From contig OZ116708.1 of assembly GCA_964199315.1 (NCBI GenBank), positions 21,452,001-21,516,000 on the forward strand: 64,000 bases of DNA, written 5' to 3'. The position numbers and the translations under genes are program-made. Positions 37,618-51,076 of this stretch are shown here, piece after piece. This DNA comes from Orbicella franksi. Lineage: Eukaryota. Below the pieces are notes generated by a model. It ran no database searches and was not told the origin of the DNA. It worked only from the letters and a program-made list of their open reading frames with translations. Within the stretch, counting starts at the first letter, position 1; each line of letters begins with the position of its first letter.

Positions 37618-38415
37618 TTCCTTTTACTGGCAGCAACACCTCTTGAACTCTCAAGGGCAATTAATGATACCATTTTGCTGCTCAGATCACTGGGGTTTAC
37701 GATTCATGACACAAAATCTGCCACCACGCCTACCCAAGTAGTCAACTTTCTGGGATTTACCCTAAATTCTCCGAACATGACCACTTCTATGGTCACCGGG
37801 AAAGCAGACACTGATCAAATCCAAGTGTCACGTTTTTGTCATGAGCGCCTTGCTCGGGAGATTGGGTAACCACTCCCTACGTTTACGACTTAAAATAAAG
37901 TTACCTTACCTTACCTTACAATCGAGAGCCAGTTTCAATTAAAGAGGTGGCCTCTGTAGAGGGCCTCATGGTATGAGCTTTTTCAGGTGTGCAGTATGCA
38001 CCTCTGATCTATAGGTCTCTGGAAAATGACAAAACTGATGCCTTGAAGTGCGATGGTTGGGACCTTGAAGTGAAAATGACCCTTTCTCACCCCTGTCTAA
38101 ACAGGACCTGCTATGGTGGATTTCTGATGTTGACCAATACCCAAAAGCTATTACTCCACAACCCCCTGATATAACACTCATGACAGACAGCTAACTGAAA
38201 GGCTGGGAAGGGGTGATAGAGGGTCATACCAGGAATCTAAATTCCACATTAATTATTTGGAGACAAAGGAAATTCTGTTAGCCGTGCAGTCTCTTTGCAA
38301 CCATGTGCAACGTTGCCAAATAAAAGTGATTTGTGAAAATACAACTGCTGTCTCCTTCATCCGCAATATAGGTGATACGAAATCTATAGTTTGCGATGAC
38401 ATGACAAGAGAAATA
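37618..38415 (+). mobile_element. DIRS1-type RT/RNase H remnant (unit 3 copy)
   Basis: ORFs 37675-37869, 37989-38174 and 38257-38547 (KEILLAVQSLC..KVICENTTAVSFIRNIG). Confidence 0.8.
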
Positions 38416-39657
38416 CAGTCGAACCTTCGGTTGCGACCACCGTTCGTAAGCGACCACTTCTCCTCAGCGACCAGTATTCCAAAATACCAAAAGTTTCCAA
38501 GTCAACTCACTATATTTGAACCTCTTGTAAGCGACCACCTCTCGTAAGCGACCGCGACCACTTTCAGAGCTAAAAGATTTTCATTTGTTTTTGCTCATGG
38601 ATGACGTAGTCTTCCATGAGCTTAGAAGGCAGTCGAATGGCACTCACTCACTCTCTCACTCACTCACTCGTTCACTCGATTCTGATTAATTTATTCATTA
38701 AACCCGGATTAAACAATTATCTGCTACTTCTCCTACTAAGTAATGTTTTTGTCCAAGAGTGTTCGGTCGTCTTGAAGAAGGTTTTTTGACGAAATAGAAG
38801 ACGAGGGGAAGACGCGGGGGACTAGAAAGGCGTACATTTTTGCCCAAGAAATCGAGAGCCTGGGTACGAGTATGTCGGGCACCCTGAAGTCGGCCATTTT
38901 GGCTTCATGTGATTTTCTTTCGTAAATATGTTGTTTTTTGCCTATCGGCTTTTGCTCACACGTAAATGAAAGCTGGTAGAGGTATTTATGACTGTGGTCA
39001 TGTATCGGTCACAACAACGCGGTCGGCGAGGTCAAAGAATTGATACAAGAAACCCTGGAAGACAAAGTCAGAAAGTGGGATCGTGTTAACTTAGCATATG
39101 GGCAAATTAAGCTCGAAGCATTTTTTCTTGGCAAGAGAATTTGATGGTTTCCACTCGCTTTCTCTCCTTGTGGAGTCCAAGGTAAGCTTAAGTTTTTGTT
39201 AAGTTTTAGTTTCATTGTTTCTCTATTGTTTTATTTTGTATACACATATTGAAATTCTGCCCTGTTAGTATCCTACGGAAGTTCGAAATTTGTACTTAGT
39301 AAGCTTATTTTAAAATACTTCAAGTAAGAAATTCGATTTGCCTCATCGTTTCGTTCTGTTGTCGTTCACACTACATTTCTTTTGTATTCCATGCAGTTTG
39401 ACCAGAGGGAAAATTTCTTCACAGATGGTATGCGAGTCAACCTACATGTACGATCGAGTAAATACAAGCTATGTTGAAATATTTTAGTGATGGACGGACA
39501 AATTAAAGCAATTAAGTCCAAGAGACTGTGTAGATCTATTTTTTGCAAGAGAGATATATGCTGTCCATCTGCATCAGATATAAGCCGGATGCATGGTGGC
39601 TGGTGATGTAGAGTGTTCTTTTTTTTTTTTTTTTACTTCTAGAAATGAGAGATTTAA

Positions 39658-40445
39658 GGGCCCATTAACCGATTTATGCGCGCGCTCGCGCGCGTTGCTA
39701 AGGAGGTGAAATTTCACTTCCGGTTACTTACGTCAGCCTGAGCGCGGAAAATAAAAACAACTCAATAACTTGCAAATTCGCTTACATTTTAGATGTTTTT
39801 CTTTGTGTTTCACAAAATGCAAAGTAAAAAAAGTACAAGCAGACACAAAATAAGAAAAGGACAGAACAACGAGAGCAATAGCAAGAAAAAACTCCGTGTG
39901 GCTTTGTTTGATTTTACCAAAGTGCGTTGGTAGTGTAAATTGCGCACGCGCTGATAGGTTGTAACTTCCAATATATATCGGGCGCACTTCCGGTTTCTTT
40001 AAATGCTAAAGGAAACGCAGTTTTTCATTAAATCCAGCCTTTTTCGACGGATTTCGATCAAAGCCAACGTTGAAAAGATAGCTATGCATTCCTTTTACAA
40101 AATCCTGCTTTTTTCAGAAAACAACGAATTTTTTAATATTTTGAAATTCTCTCAAGATCTGACCTTTTAGAAATGAAACAAAATCAATGCATAGCGTAAT
40201 GAGGATTTAAATTAAAATATTAAATCAATGAAAAAAATCCCGATAAAATAATTTGCCTGGGAGCCTTTGCGTTTTTTCAGTATTAGTCACATGACCATGG
40301 GCGTGGCCTGATGACGTCATCACTAGTGTTACTAATCATGAAAAAGTTGAAACACAGGAAATAACTCTGAACTAAGTAAAAATGATGAGGTTATTTGAGA
40401 ATAAATTTACCTTAGAACGGCTCGAAAAGATCGGTTAATGGGCCC
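39658..40445. mobile_element. Non-autonomous DNA transposon with TTAA target duplication (Kolobok-like GG...CC ends)
   Basis: TTAA|GGGCCCATTAACCGAT ... ATCGGTTAATGGGCCC|TTAA: a perfect 16-bp TIR with TTAA on both sides. 788 bp, no transposase ORF. Confidence 0.8.
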
Positions 40446-41646
40446 TTAAACAAATTGAAATCAAAACTTGAAATAATTATGGAGAAGAGAATGCTTGATA
40501 CTTGTCAACATAAGTATGTTCTGTAATCATTGCAATAACCTATTAGAAGAGAGATATTTGCAATCCTTTTGAATATTACTGCATTGCTAGTGAGATTAGC
40601 ACAAACAATTACCAAGATATATAGGAATAAAATGCTGTGATTTTTGTTTCCAAGAAATAAAATTATTGTTGGTTTACTTGCATACATACACTACAGTATT
40701 TAGCACCCTTATTATTGTATTGCACCAAGATGGCGGCCTTCTCCCTACAGTTGACTTAAGGTGCACCTTTTTCAGGCTGGAGGTATTATAAGACTTAACA
40801 GGACGGGGATTGCAAACATTAACTGATTATTTATCCAAGAAATAAGATCTAGTGGGGCCACATTAAGTATGTGAAAGGTGTTTCAAGCTAGAAGCTAAAT
40901 GCAGTTGAAAGGGAAAAATTTCTTGTCAAAAACACTATGTAAAATGGATAGGGCTTTGACCTTCCTTGAATGAAACTTCGTTACTTCCCTTCCTCCTCCC
41001 CATGGACATAGTTATATAGTAAAATAAATAAGTGGTAAATAAAAGCATCCCCTTCACTTCAGGTTCAAGATTGAAACAAAACTGTCTGACATGATTCTTG
41101 TAATATTGAAGGAATTACTTTTCTTTCTATAGATTTTCCATTTACTAGCAAGCTAATATTAAATTGTTCATGTTTGACATAGCTTAAAGTAAACAACATT
41201 TTGCCAATATCCAAGTCTCACTTAAGTAAAATTGGGCAAAATACTCTTGAAAGTCTTGGCATTCTCAATTTGGTTGTCGAAAATAAATGTCAAAATCATG
41301 AATTATAATTTTTGCATAATTGTCATACAGCTGTTTCATAACGTTAACTGAACAAGGACCATAACCAGTTTACCTTGGCCCAAAATGCACTCCGACTCAC
41401 TAATATTATACATATATTATAACCAACACCAGTAAACTTTGGACTGACTGGTAAATATGGTGAACTCTCATCCAATGATTTCATTTTACAACAGACTGTT
41501 GTTATTCTTTGACACTATATCATGTACAAGTTAATATAATAACAATGTTCCAGTTCCAATCAAAATTAATCATTAGCCATTTTTAAATTTTTAAGTAGTC
41601 TGTGTATACAACCTGTTATTTGATTTTTGTATTTCTTTTCTATTTT

Positions 41647-41901
41647 GAGCAGTCTGGGTTTGAGCTCTGCTGGGAACATTGTAATTGTATTGTGTTTTTG
41701 GGCAAGACATTTTACTCTCACAGTGCCTCTCTCCACTCAGGTATTTAAATAGGTACTGGCAAATATAATGTTGGGGCGTAACCTTTCGATGGACTAGCGT
41801 CCCATACAGGGGGTAATAAAAATACTCCTAGTCGCTTCATGCTACAGAAACCGAGAGAAGTGCCGGCCTCACGGGCCACTTGGCTCATAGGCAGACTTTA
41901 C
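41647..41901 (+). mobile_element. tRNA-derived SINE with the conserved GGGCAAGACA.TTTACTCTCACAGTGCCTCTCTCCAC core
   Basis: Degenerate B-box-like GGTTTGAG.C, the core motif typical of cnidarian/invertebrate SINEs (recognised from memory), and a GCAGACTTTAC 3' end. Confidence 0.65.
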
Positions 41902-43546
41902 TTCCATTTCTGAGTTGCCGTTTGGCCCTTTTCAGGATGAGTGCTCGTGCAGAACGTTTCACGTAAAATTAAAATGATTTGATTTTCATGAGGATGAACG
42001 TACAGGTGACATACATTTTCATAGGAACAGTTTCGCACAAAGACTCGTTTCGTCACAAAGGTGAGAGTCAACTTGGAATTGGCCTATTCATCCATGAGCT
42101 GGCTCAGGGAGCCTTTGATTTACCTCCCGTAAGGGACCACTTAGCAGATAATACAGCGGAAATTATCGCATTATCTGGTTGGTACAAGAGACGGAAATTT
42201 CTCAATGGCAAGTACCGGGTTTTTTCTCGAAATGAACTTTTCACACAAATAAAGCATTTAAAACATGGGTAAGTCTCTGCAGTTACCATATGCTAATGAG
42301 GCGAAATTTTGACCCAATATGGTCTAAGCTCGCGTAAGCGAACACCTCCAGTAAGCGCTTACGGGAGTTAGACTGTATTTATGGGGTGCATGGCCCGGCA
42401 CCTAACATTGTCAATATCCCATTTACCAGGCAAAATAAACAGAGAGGCGGACAGGGCTGGCCGAGTTTTTCACAACAGTAACATTGTCCGTCTTCAATGA
42501 ACTTAAGGCAAAGTGGGATGAGCCTGACATAGACATGTTTGCATCAAGGCTAAATTACAAAGTACCTTAAGGACGGTGCCAACTAAATACTAAGGTTTTT
42601 GCGCCAGGTAAGGACCACGTGGGAAAAGTAGACCTTTGGAAGGGCTATTAGAATCCACAAAGAAAAATTGGGGTAACCACGCGTTTTTTCGAGATAATTA
42701 GCCTTGAATCTCAACAAAAATGCTGACATCAGCATTTTCTGAAAAAAAAAGGGAAAGGATATTTCTTCACAGATTTCCTTCGAATTCACCTTTACAAACA
42801 GAAAGCAAACACATTTATCAAGATCTTAAAACTGCATGGTAAATGGTAACATAGAAACCATTTTTTTTGTATGTTTTTAATGACAAAATCGTTGCAACAG
42901 CGCTTTTAGAGTCTCTGACAGCCTTCCGATCTGGTTCAGTTAAAATATAGTCTAAATACCTTTTGCTCACAACCTGAAACTAATCACGTGTTGAATAGGC
43001 TTGCCACTTCCATTTCATAACATGAAATGTGGGGGTAACCACGCGTTTTTTAAAGTAATTGATCTTTTTTGAAAACTTTTACGGTGCCCGTTACGTTTGT
43101 AACCTACCCAGTAAGTAAAAAATTTGCGTATTTCGTACTTGTTTTGCGCGCGCACTACGCCATCTGCAGGTACATGTTTACAGGTGGATTTACCTCAAAA
43201 CTTTTCCAGCTTTTAATAGCATGTCATTAAAACAGCTCACCCTTAAACTCATGCTGATGGGTTTTCCCTCAGCACAGAGAACTCAGACCTTCCAGAAACT
43301 CTCACTGGACGAAATGTACATATCACCTGGAAAATATACGTTCTACATATCATCTCTGTTGAAACAAACCAGTGCTAAAGGGGGCCAGAACAGACACTTA
43401 CTTCCTGTTGTATTTCGGAGTTTCAACTTGGACAAAAGACTTTACGGTTGCTGCGTTATAACAAGCTTATATCAAAGGACTGCCCCACTTTAGGAGGGGA
43501 ACAAAGCAACTGCTGATTTGTTATTAAGCACCTTACGGTGGATTAT

Positions 43547-44126
43547 TCCTCGGACGTACAAGCTAACTCATACCCCTACCGTGATACACTCGGGTGGGGA
43601 GGGGGGTGGATGGAAAACCCCTCTGAATTTTCGCACTGATAAGGCACAGCGAAATAAAATTGCTCTGATTAGATCGCCCTGAGCTGGCTCTACAAGATGA
43701 TACCATTTTTGTTGGTTATGACGTCATATGACGTCATTTGACCCGCCATCTTGGATTTCACTATTTTCTTAAAAAGTCAAGAAATATCGGAAATTAACAC
43801 AAAATCAAGAGAGAATGCTTATGAAATGTACATAGCCATGAATTACTGCAATTTGGTGAAGAAAACTGGAGAAAAGCTACAGAATTATCTCGAAAAAGTT
43901 GATTTTTGGCCAGACCTACATGAAATTTGATGGTTGCCATGGCAACGTCAAAAATGATGGACACAATTGACATATCAAAATTTCCGCAGAGAATGAAGGA
44001 ACAGCTGCTGAAAGTTTCAGCCCCCTAGGGTAAATTGTCTTTTCAAAACTTCGGAAAAAACCTTATAGGTGGGGGGGGGGGGTGAATGCCACCCCCCCCC
44101 CCATAAGGACCTTGTACGTCCGAGGG
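43547..44126. mobile_element. piggyBac-like MITE (degenerate)
   Basis: Inverted termini (T)CCTCGGACGTACAAG ... CTTGTACGTCCGAGGG flanked by TTAT/TTAG (decayed TTAA). Confidence 0.55.
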
Positions 44127-44653
44127 TTAGCACAACTATTTTTGACATGTCTCGTGCATGTCTCCCCGGCTAACCGAACAACCCTGGGAGAGACAACTTT
44201 TCATATGTTTCTTTAGAAAACGCAGGGTAACCTGCCTTCCAAGGGCACCTTCTCTATTTGCCTCTTGCAACCTTCTAGGGGGGCTATCTTTTTGCCTTGT
44301 AAATGGTGCATGCCGACTTACCCGGCTAGCCGAGGTGTGAAGGCCGCGAAAGTAGCGTTACATTTCAAGGCAGCTTTTAACGTTACTTGCCTCTGGTCAC
44401 TACGCTTAATATCTGTATGTATAGTGCAAAGTAATAGCCCTAGTCAATGAAAAGCAGCGGCTAGTGAATCGAGTTATAAAATAAAACTAAACTTGCCGCT
44501 AAGACGTTTATTTGGTCCGCCATCTTGTTTGTTTTGCTTAGCGGTGGCTCAAAAGATAGTGCATTGATTATCCCGCTAAGGTCAGTTGCATGTAAAGGCG
44601 GGCTATGTTTTAACCATCCTAACTGGGTAGCCCGATTAGCCCGGGCACCCTGC

Positions 44654-45215
44654 CTAGAGAGTTATTTCTTCATAAGCGTCTTGCGGGTCTGCCCGCCCAG
44701 TAGTTTCATGTTTGTTGTCCAATGAGTCATTTCCTTGTTGTGTATCTTTCCGGCTAGTCCCACTTTGTGCTTGTTTAGCATTAGCTCTAACTCCAATCTG
44801 TCTTGTTCCAAAGGTTTTCCTTTCAAGTTCCTCAGCTTGTGCAACGGTTTTCCTAGGCAGCAACTGAATGAAAGCTACGCGAAAATATCTTATTCTAACA
44901 GCGTAAATCAACGGATTAACAACGAATTCAGAACTGGCAATAAAGTAAAAAGATAAAAAGAAGTAAGTCTTATATTGGGAGGGATTGTTTCCTTAAAAGA
45001 GATCATAATAACAGCACAGATATTTGATGGAATATAACACATGCAGTAAGATAATTAGCAGTACAATAACAGTCGTGTATAAAGCTTTCCTTTTCTGGAG
45101 CAACTGCTCCTTCACTTCTAAAGAGACCTGATTAGCAACAATTTCTTTCTCGTTGCGGCGGACTTCCTTAAATACAGAGACATTGAAGTAAATAAGGAGA
45201 ATGATAAGCATCGTT
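44654..45215 (-). pseudogene. Class A GPCR relic (TM5 to C-terminus), paralog of 49985-51076
   Basis: ILLIYFNVSVFKEVRRNEKEIVANQVS..KALYTTVIV and NPLIYAVRIRYFRVAFIQLL align to the intact receptor. The frame is broken and the N-terminal half is missing. Confidence 0.8.
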
Positions 45216-45339
45216 TCCTAAGATTAAGTGATCTGAATTTCTCTTTCTGACATCTAGCCATTAACAGTGCCAATGTTTTCCATTTAGGAAATAATGTTAT
45301 TTAGTTGCCTTTCATTGCATTTTAAAATTGTGTTACCTT

Positions 45340-48300
45340 TGAAGTTCTGCGTTCATCCCATATACGGAACTTGTTTAATAATGATGTTCAATAATGTTCC
45401 TCACTTTTCCTGGTGTGTTTTTTCTTTTCTGCTGCAGCCATCTTAACAGCTTGCGAGAAACTGGTCGTAAAATTTTCTCTTCTCGCATAAGTTTTATGTT
45501 TTAGCATATTAATAAATCTTTGTGCCTTTAATTTTGGAATTAAAGTGACCGCTATTTCTAATGTGTACCCCCTTAAGCGAGGCGCAGTTTTCAAAGAGAA
45601 CAAGATCAATTTTCAGCCATCTTTAGCGGCTAAGCCTGATCCATAAAAAAAACTTTTTGACAGAATACTAATTACATCGGTAGTTATAGTTACACGAAAT
45701 ATCTAATGTTAGGACCGACAATTCGAATTTTCTTTTTTGGAATGATAAAGACCTTTTTGGTGAATTATTTTCAGAAGTATGCTTTAAACGTTCAAGCGAA
45801 TTCACATTTTATTTCTGCTAAATTTCAAATGACTTGAGAGGGTCATAGCTCTTCTTTATTTTATTTTATTTTATTATTGTTTTTTTTGACAGTACAATAA
45901 AATACATTACTTACAATACTACATACTTACACTAATAACAATACACTATATCCCCTATATGTACAAGATTACAGTTAAATAATAAATACGGAATTAAATA
46001 TTAATTAATCATAAACATCAGCAGCATATAAAATTAAAGTAAAAAAGTCCACGTGCGATAAAATTTCGGAAATGCTTTTTTTGCAGTCGCAATCTCTTTA
46101 AATTTTTCAAGTTTTCCGGGAATGAACGATAGAAAATTTTGAAAATCTAAAACATCTCGGCGAAGGCTTGTGTAGAAAATGCAATGTTTGGCTATCAGGA
46201 GACAATAATTTAGGACTTGCCAATGCTTTGTCATCTCATGCCAGCCGTAGAGTATATGGCTTATGGATATCGTTATTGTTTCATTTGTTTTTTGGTACCA
46301 CCAGTCTTGAAACAGAATCCAGAAATCGGCTGTTAGCTATAGTGTGCAGTTTATTAGCAGGTGATGCAACGTTTGTTCTTCTGCGTTGCATAAGTTGCAT
46401 TAAAGGGCTTTCTGAAATGCCGTCTCGATAAAGTGTAGCGCGGGTTTGTAGCACGTTGTGAATAACTTTATACTGAAACATTATTATTTTTCCTTCATTT
46501 GTGACTGCAAATGGCATAAGATAAACCTTCTGGATGGTATTTTCTGTAAATCCGTGGCGTAGAATTTTGGTTACGACAGTGGGAGGAACGAAGATGGTGT
46601 TTAAAAGAGAGGAGTAAATAGAACTGGTTCTTAGGGTGTTGACTGTGGTATTGTGTGTGACGTTCTGAATAGGTTTTTTAAGATAAGCTTTCCAACTTTT
46701 TGGGATTGCGTTAACCTGGCCATAGTCTTTAGTGAAAGGAACCTTCAAATCGAATTTTATTTCATACCACAAGTTCATACCACTTCAAAAAATCCTGATT
46801 TTGGTTTAATATGTCGCTTATCTTGGTAATGCCGGCGTCATACCAATTTTGATAAAAAATAAAAATAATAAAAAAAAAACAGGTTTTTTCCTACAAGAAT
46901 TTTCCTGTTATTTCACACTATTTCGTTTTTAGAAATCGACGCCCGTTGAGATTTTAAACTCGCACCAATAATCTAACATTTTTTTATAAAATGTGGGAAG
47001 CGTATCATCAAGGTCAAGTATACTTGTTGCAAAGTTGCATTTTGTTAGGTAGGCAAGACCACCATGTTTGTGCAAGAGCTGATTAGGGATTATTTTCCAG
47101 GTGGCTTGTGACTCGCCTTGAATTCTGTTGACCGGGTCATAGCTCTTCTAGCATACCAACATCTCGTGAAATAAGGGGTTGCAAAAAGAGCTGTGCTTTT
47201 GGTACACCATATTTATCCATAACCATTAGATATTGTATACCCACAGCACAGCTTTTTTTTCAGGAACCTCTTATTTGTCGAAATATTTGTTTACTAGAAG
47301 AGTCATAGCCCTAGCTCTCAAATCAGTTGCAATTTCGTATGTAAATTAAATTGTGGTAGTTGTATTTTTCAAGCAACCAAAAGGCAAAAAAAAGTAGACC
47401 TACCCGCAGTCTTCAAACAGAACAAGATCAATTTTCAGCCATCTTTGGCTGCTAAGCCTGGTGCATAAAAAGCTTTACTGAAAAGGTTTTTTGAGTGTCC
47501 GGTGAGTTTTGACAGAATACTTGTTACATCGGCAGTTACACCAGATACTATTTTTAACCCTCGTCTGTTTTGTGTTGGAAATGGAATCAATTGAAATAAA
47601 ATATAATATAAGTGTAATTTTTTTAATTCTGGTTATTTTTGGTCAAACAGCTTTGTGATTTTTTTGAGTAAAAAATGTATTTTTTAAGTCTTTTAGCGCA
47701 GAAAATGAACACAGTTTTTAACCGCAATCATGTAGCAATCATGTTTCTTCAATTAGGTTAAAGCGCGACAGCTAACAAAGTTTTCCATTACATTTTTATA
47801 TTACATATAAATTTATAATTTTGTGTGTGTGTGTGTGTGCTGCTTTTCCCCTTGCTGTTCAAGGATAGGATTTTACCGACTTTGATTTTAAAATAATTAC
47901 TTTTGTGCTGTCAAGATTAAATGTAATTGTCGTGGTCAAAAAGCTAAAGAAAATAACCGTGGAATCCTCAATTTTTGAACCTGCAAGGGAAACAAAACTC
48001 GAGGTAAAATTATAAACTCAGATTTGAAAATATTCATTTTTGTGTTCTAGGGTGTAGAAATAGATTCGTGTCTTCTCTTGTGCTGCTCCAAGATAATACA
48101 TTTACAACTGTTTGATTTTGAAATAATTACTTTTGTTCAGTAAAATTATTTTTTTGTGCACGATAGAACAATAGATACTGAATTATGGGGTTAAAAACTG
48201 ACACTTTTTACATCCTTCTTAAGTGAGATGCTTGGCTATTTATTTGTCCTTTTTTGATACATTTTTTTTTTCGCTCTCTCTGATTTCTTCTTTCTGGGAA

Positions 48301-49070
48301 GGCGGCTGTATCACAGGCCATCTATTTTGTTGTGTACCCCGAATAAATATGAAAAGATCCCATCTCATACGAATTAAACAACGACAACAAAATTGAAACA
48401 TTTAAAAATGAAAAAACTTTGTTCCTTTTGAAGTTTTACTTTCATCCGATTTACACAACTTGCTTGATATTATGTTCAATAATATTGCTTACTTTCGACA
48501 GAGATGTTTGTCGTTTAGGTTGGAGCCATTTTTGCAGTCATTTTAACAGCTTGCAAAAAACTGGTGGTAAATTGTCTTTTCTCGGGCTTAGTTCCAGCGT
48601 TAGCAATAAAACTCGAACAGTAGTTTGTACTCAGCTGTAATTTAAAGGTAAATGGTATTCAAGTAATAGTTCGAAAAGCTTTGCTTAAAAGACTTTTGAG
48701 TGTCCGGTGAGTTTTGACAGAATACTAATTACATCTTCAGTTACACGCAAAATTATTTCTTAACCCTCGTCTGCTATATCTGGAGTTTTCCGCATTAACA
48801 TTATCAGTAAGTTAGTTTACAAATATAAAAACATTCAAGTTTTCGATAAAATGAAAATAAACTCAACTCGAATAAAATATAATGAGTGTATCATTTTTCT
48901 TGTTATTCCGGTTATTTTCCGTCAAACAGCTGTGAGATATTTGTCTTAACTGCCTAGGAAAAATATTTTTTCATACACCTTTTAGCGCGGAAAAAAAACA
49001 CGATTTTTACCGCAATCATGCAACAATGCTCCTTCAAGAAGGTTAAATCGCAACGGGTAACAGTTTTTTG
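45340..49070. repeat. Diverged triplicated non-coding segment
   Basis: Shared blocks AACAAGATCAATTTTCAGCCATCTT (~45598, ~47421), TTTTGACAGAATACT..TTACATC (~45655, ~47507, ~48713) and TTAACAGCTTGC.A.AAACTGGT (~45443, ~48543). Confidence 0.55.
45856..47133 (-). mobile_element. 5'-truncated L1/Tx1-clade LINE with a 16-bp target-site duplication
   Basis: ORF2 C-terminal fragments (WKIIPNQLLHKHGGLAYL; IIMFQYKVIHNVLQT..LYRDGISESP, zf-RVT-like; NYCLLIAKHCIF), an (AAAAT)n tail at ~45856-45880, and GGGTCATAGCTCTTCT duplicated at 45840-45855 and 47134-47149. Confidence 0.85.
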
Positions 49071-49984
49071 CACGATGACTGTACATTTGCATTATTTTGA
49101 AATAGGCCCGAATCGCAGTTTTCAACGCCATCTTGACGGGTGAGCAAAGCGGTGAGAAATTACAGCGTTTGACTGGGAATCCGAAAGCAAATAACTTTTT
49201 TTAAAATCCAATTTCCCGCACTTTGTAAATCGCAACGTTAAAATGCTAGGTAGAAGATTGTACTCACCAAGTTTGAAGAATGTTGATTGGCTAGAAGACG
49301 CTCAGTTAATTTTTCTAATTTTACATACATTTGTCTGTAAATTTGGCTGGGTAGACGGGGTTCGCGGGAAAAAATCATTGACAAATGTATGGGAACTTAA
49401 AACTTAACTGAGCGTCTTCTAGCTCAGCTACATTCTTCGAATTTGTTGAGTACAATCTACTACCTAGTATGATAATGTTGAAATTCATAGGTTGTGCAAA
49501 ATCAATATTTTAAAAAAGCTATTTGCCATCCGATTCCTATGCAAAAACTGTACTTTTAGACCACTTTACCCACCCAACAAGATGGCGTGAAAAACCGTTT
49601 AGGCTTATTGTTTTGGTCCACATAGGGAAAACGAAAATTACAGTGGAATACAGATTTTTGGAACCCTTCAAACGAAACGAAAATTAGTTTGAAAAGTCGA
49701 GGAATCGGCGGTAATTACGAAGAAGTATTTTCTAAACTCCTATTATATTTTTGTTTTCTTAACCGGATGTAATAGATTCCACCTCATCAGATAAATAAAC
49801 AAGATCAAAAATAAATAGAAAATAAAGAAAGCAATAAAACATTAGCAGCTTAATGAGTTTATGAAATTCAGGGAGCGTTTGTTAATTATTTTTCCTCCAT
49901 ATCTTTTTACACATCTAAATGAAATTTTAATTTTTGCACTTTTTAATTCATTTTTGTTTTCAGTGCGCAAATTTTCTCTGGATT

Positions 49985-51076
49985 TTATTGCAGAGGTGTT
50001 TCTTTCCATCCGCCGTTCGGATCTGCCTGCCTTGCCGGTTCTTGTTCATCGTTAAAGGTCCGATTTCCTTGTCCTACATCAATATTACCGTTGAATCCAA
50101 TCTGTCTTTGTCCAAATATTTTTCTGTCAATTTTCTCGGCTTGTGCAGCAGTTTTTCTTGACAATACCTGAATGAAAGCTGTGCGAAAATTTCTTATTCT
50201 AACAGTGTAAATTAACGGATTGAAAAATGAATTCAGTACTGGCAATAAAGTAAAAATATAAAGAACAATAAGCCTTACATTGGGAGAGATTCTCTTCTTA
50301 AAAGAGAACAGAATAACGAGACATATATTCAACGGGACATAACATAGTAAAATAACCAGAGTTACGATGACAGTGGCGTAAAAAGCTTTCTTGTTTCTGA
50401 GTATCTTTTCCTTGGCTTCTGAAGAAACTTGGTTGGCAGCAATTTGTTTTTCGTTGCGACGGACTTCCTTGTATACAGAGACGTTAAAGTAAACGGGAAG
50501 AATTAAAAGAAAAATTTTAGAAACTGCTAGTATGGTCTTAGATAGTTTTGTTGCGTTCAAGAAGTTATTGGTGGGAATTATGATGGCTGTAACCCAGGCC
50601 AGAGCAGAGGCCATGATGATGCGACCTTCAGTGACCTTGGTCTCGTATGTGAAGGGGTGTTTAATCGCAACAAAACGCTCTGCGCTTATCAAAACCAAAT
50701 GATGGAGTGAAGCCAGTAAACATTCCAACGTGACAGCTTTTGACACCTCGGTTATAGTACAAAACATGTTGTGTTCACCTTTGAGAAGCAAACTCTCCCT
50801 GGCAATATGAAGAGGTTGAAGAACTATTCCAACAACAAGGTCAGTTGTGGATAAACAAGCGAGTGCTATGTTGGATTTGGAGCGAAGCTGTCGTTTGGTT
50901 TTCACTGACACCATCACCAGGATGTTGAGCAAAATGATGAGAGGACAGGTGAGAGTGTTCACGGTGATTCTAACCGTGAACACAGCGCGTACATGATGCG
51001 AAATATTTGCAGGATTTAGAGGAAAAGAGGAGAAACCACAACTAGATAAGGTGGTGTTGGATGTGGTGTCATTCAT
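49985..51076 (-). CDS. Intronless rhodopsin-like (class A) GPCR, 363 aa, cnidarian-type orphan receptor
   Basis: Seven hydrophobic segments; LN.LV in TM1, LACLSTTDL in TM2, SAERF (DRY variant), LCYVP in TM6, NSFFNPLIY in TM7; N-terminal N-glycosylation sequons. Confidence 0.92.
   Translation of the reverse strand: MNDTTSNTTLSSCGFSSFPLNPANISHHVRAVFTVRITVNTLTCPLIILLNILVMVSVKTKRQLRSKSNIALACLSTTDLVVGIVLQPLHIARESLLLKGEHNMFCTITEVSKAVTLECLLASLHHLVLISAERFVAIKHPFTYETKVTEGRIIMASALAWVTAIIIPTNNFLNATKLSKTILAVSKIFLLILPVYFNVSVYKEVRRNEKQIAANQVSSEAKEKILRNKKAFYATVIVTLVILLCYVPLNICLVILFSFKKRISPNVRLIVLYIFTLLPVLNSFFNPLIYTVRIRNFRTAFIQVLSRKTAAQAEKIDRKIFGQRQIGFNGNIDVGQGNRTFNDEQEPARQADPNGGWKETPLQ

Larger units (their letters stand above)
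26767..39577. repeat. Tandem segmental duplication, unit 3 (~12.8 kb)
   Basis: Offset ~12743 from unit 2 (15553/28296). Near-identical to unit 2 up to ~34.0 kb and more diverged after that. Homology ends after TGCATCAG at 39577. Confidence 0.9.
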
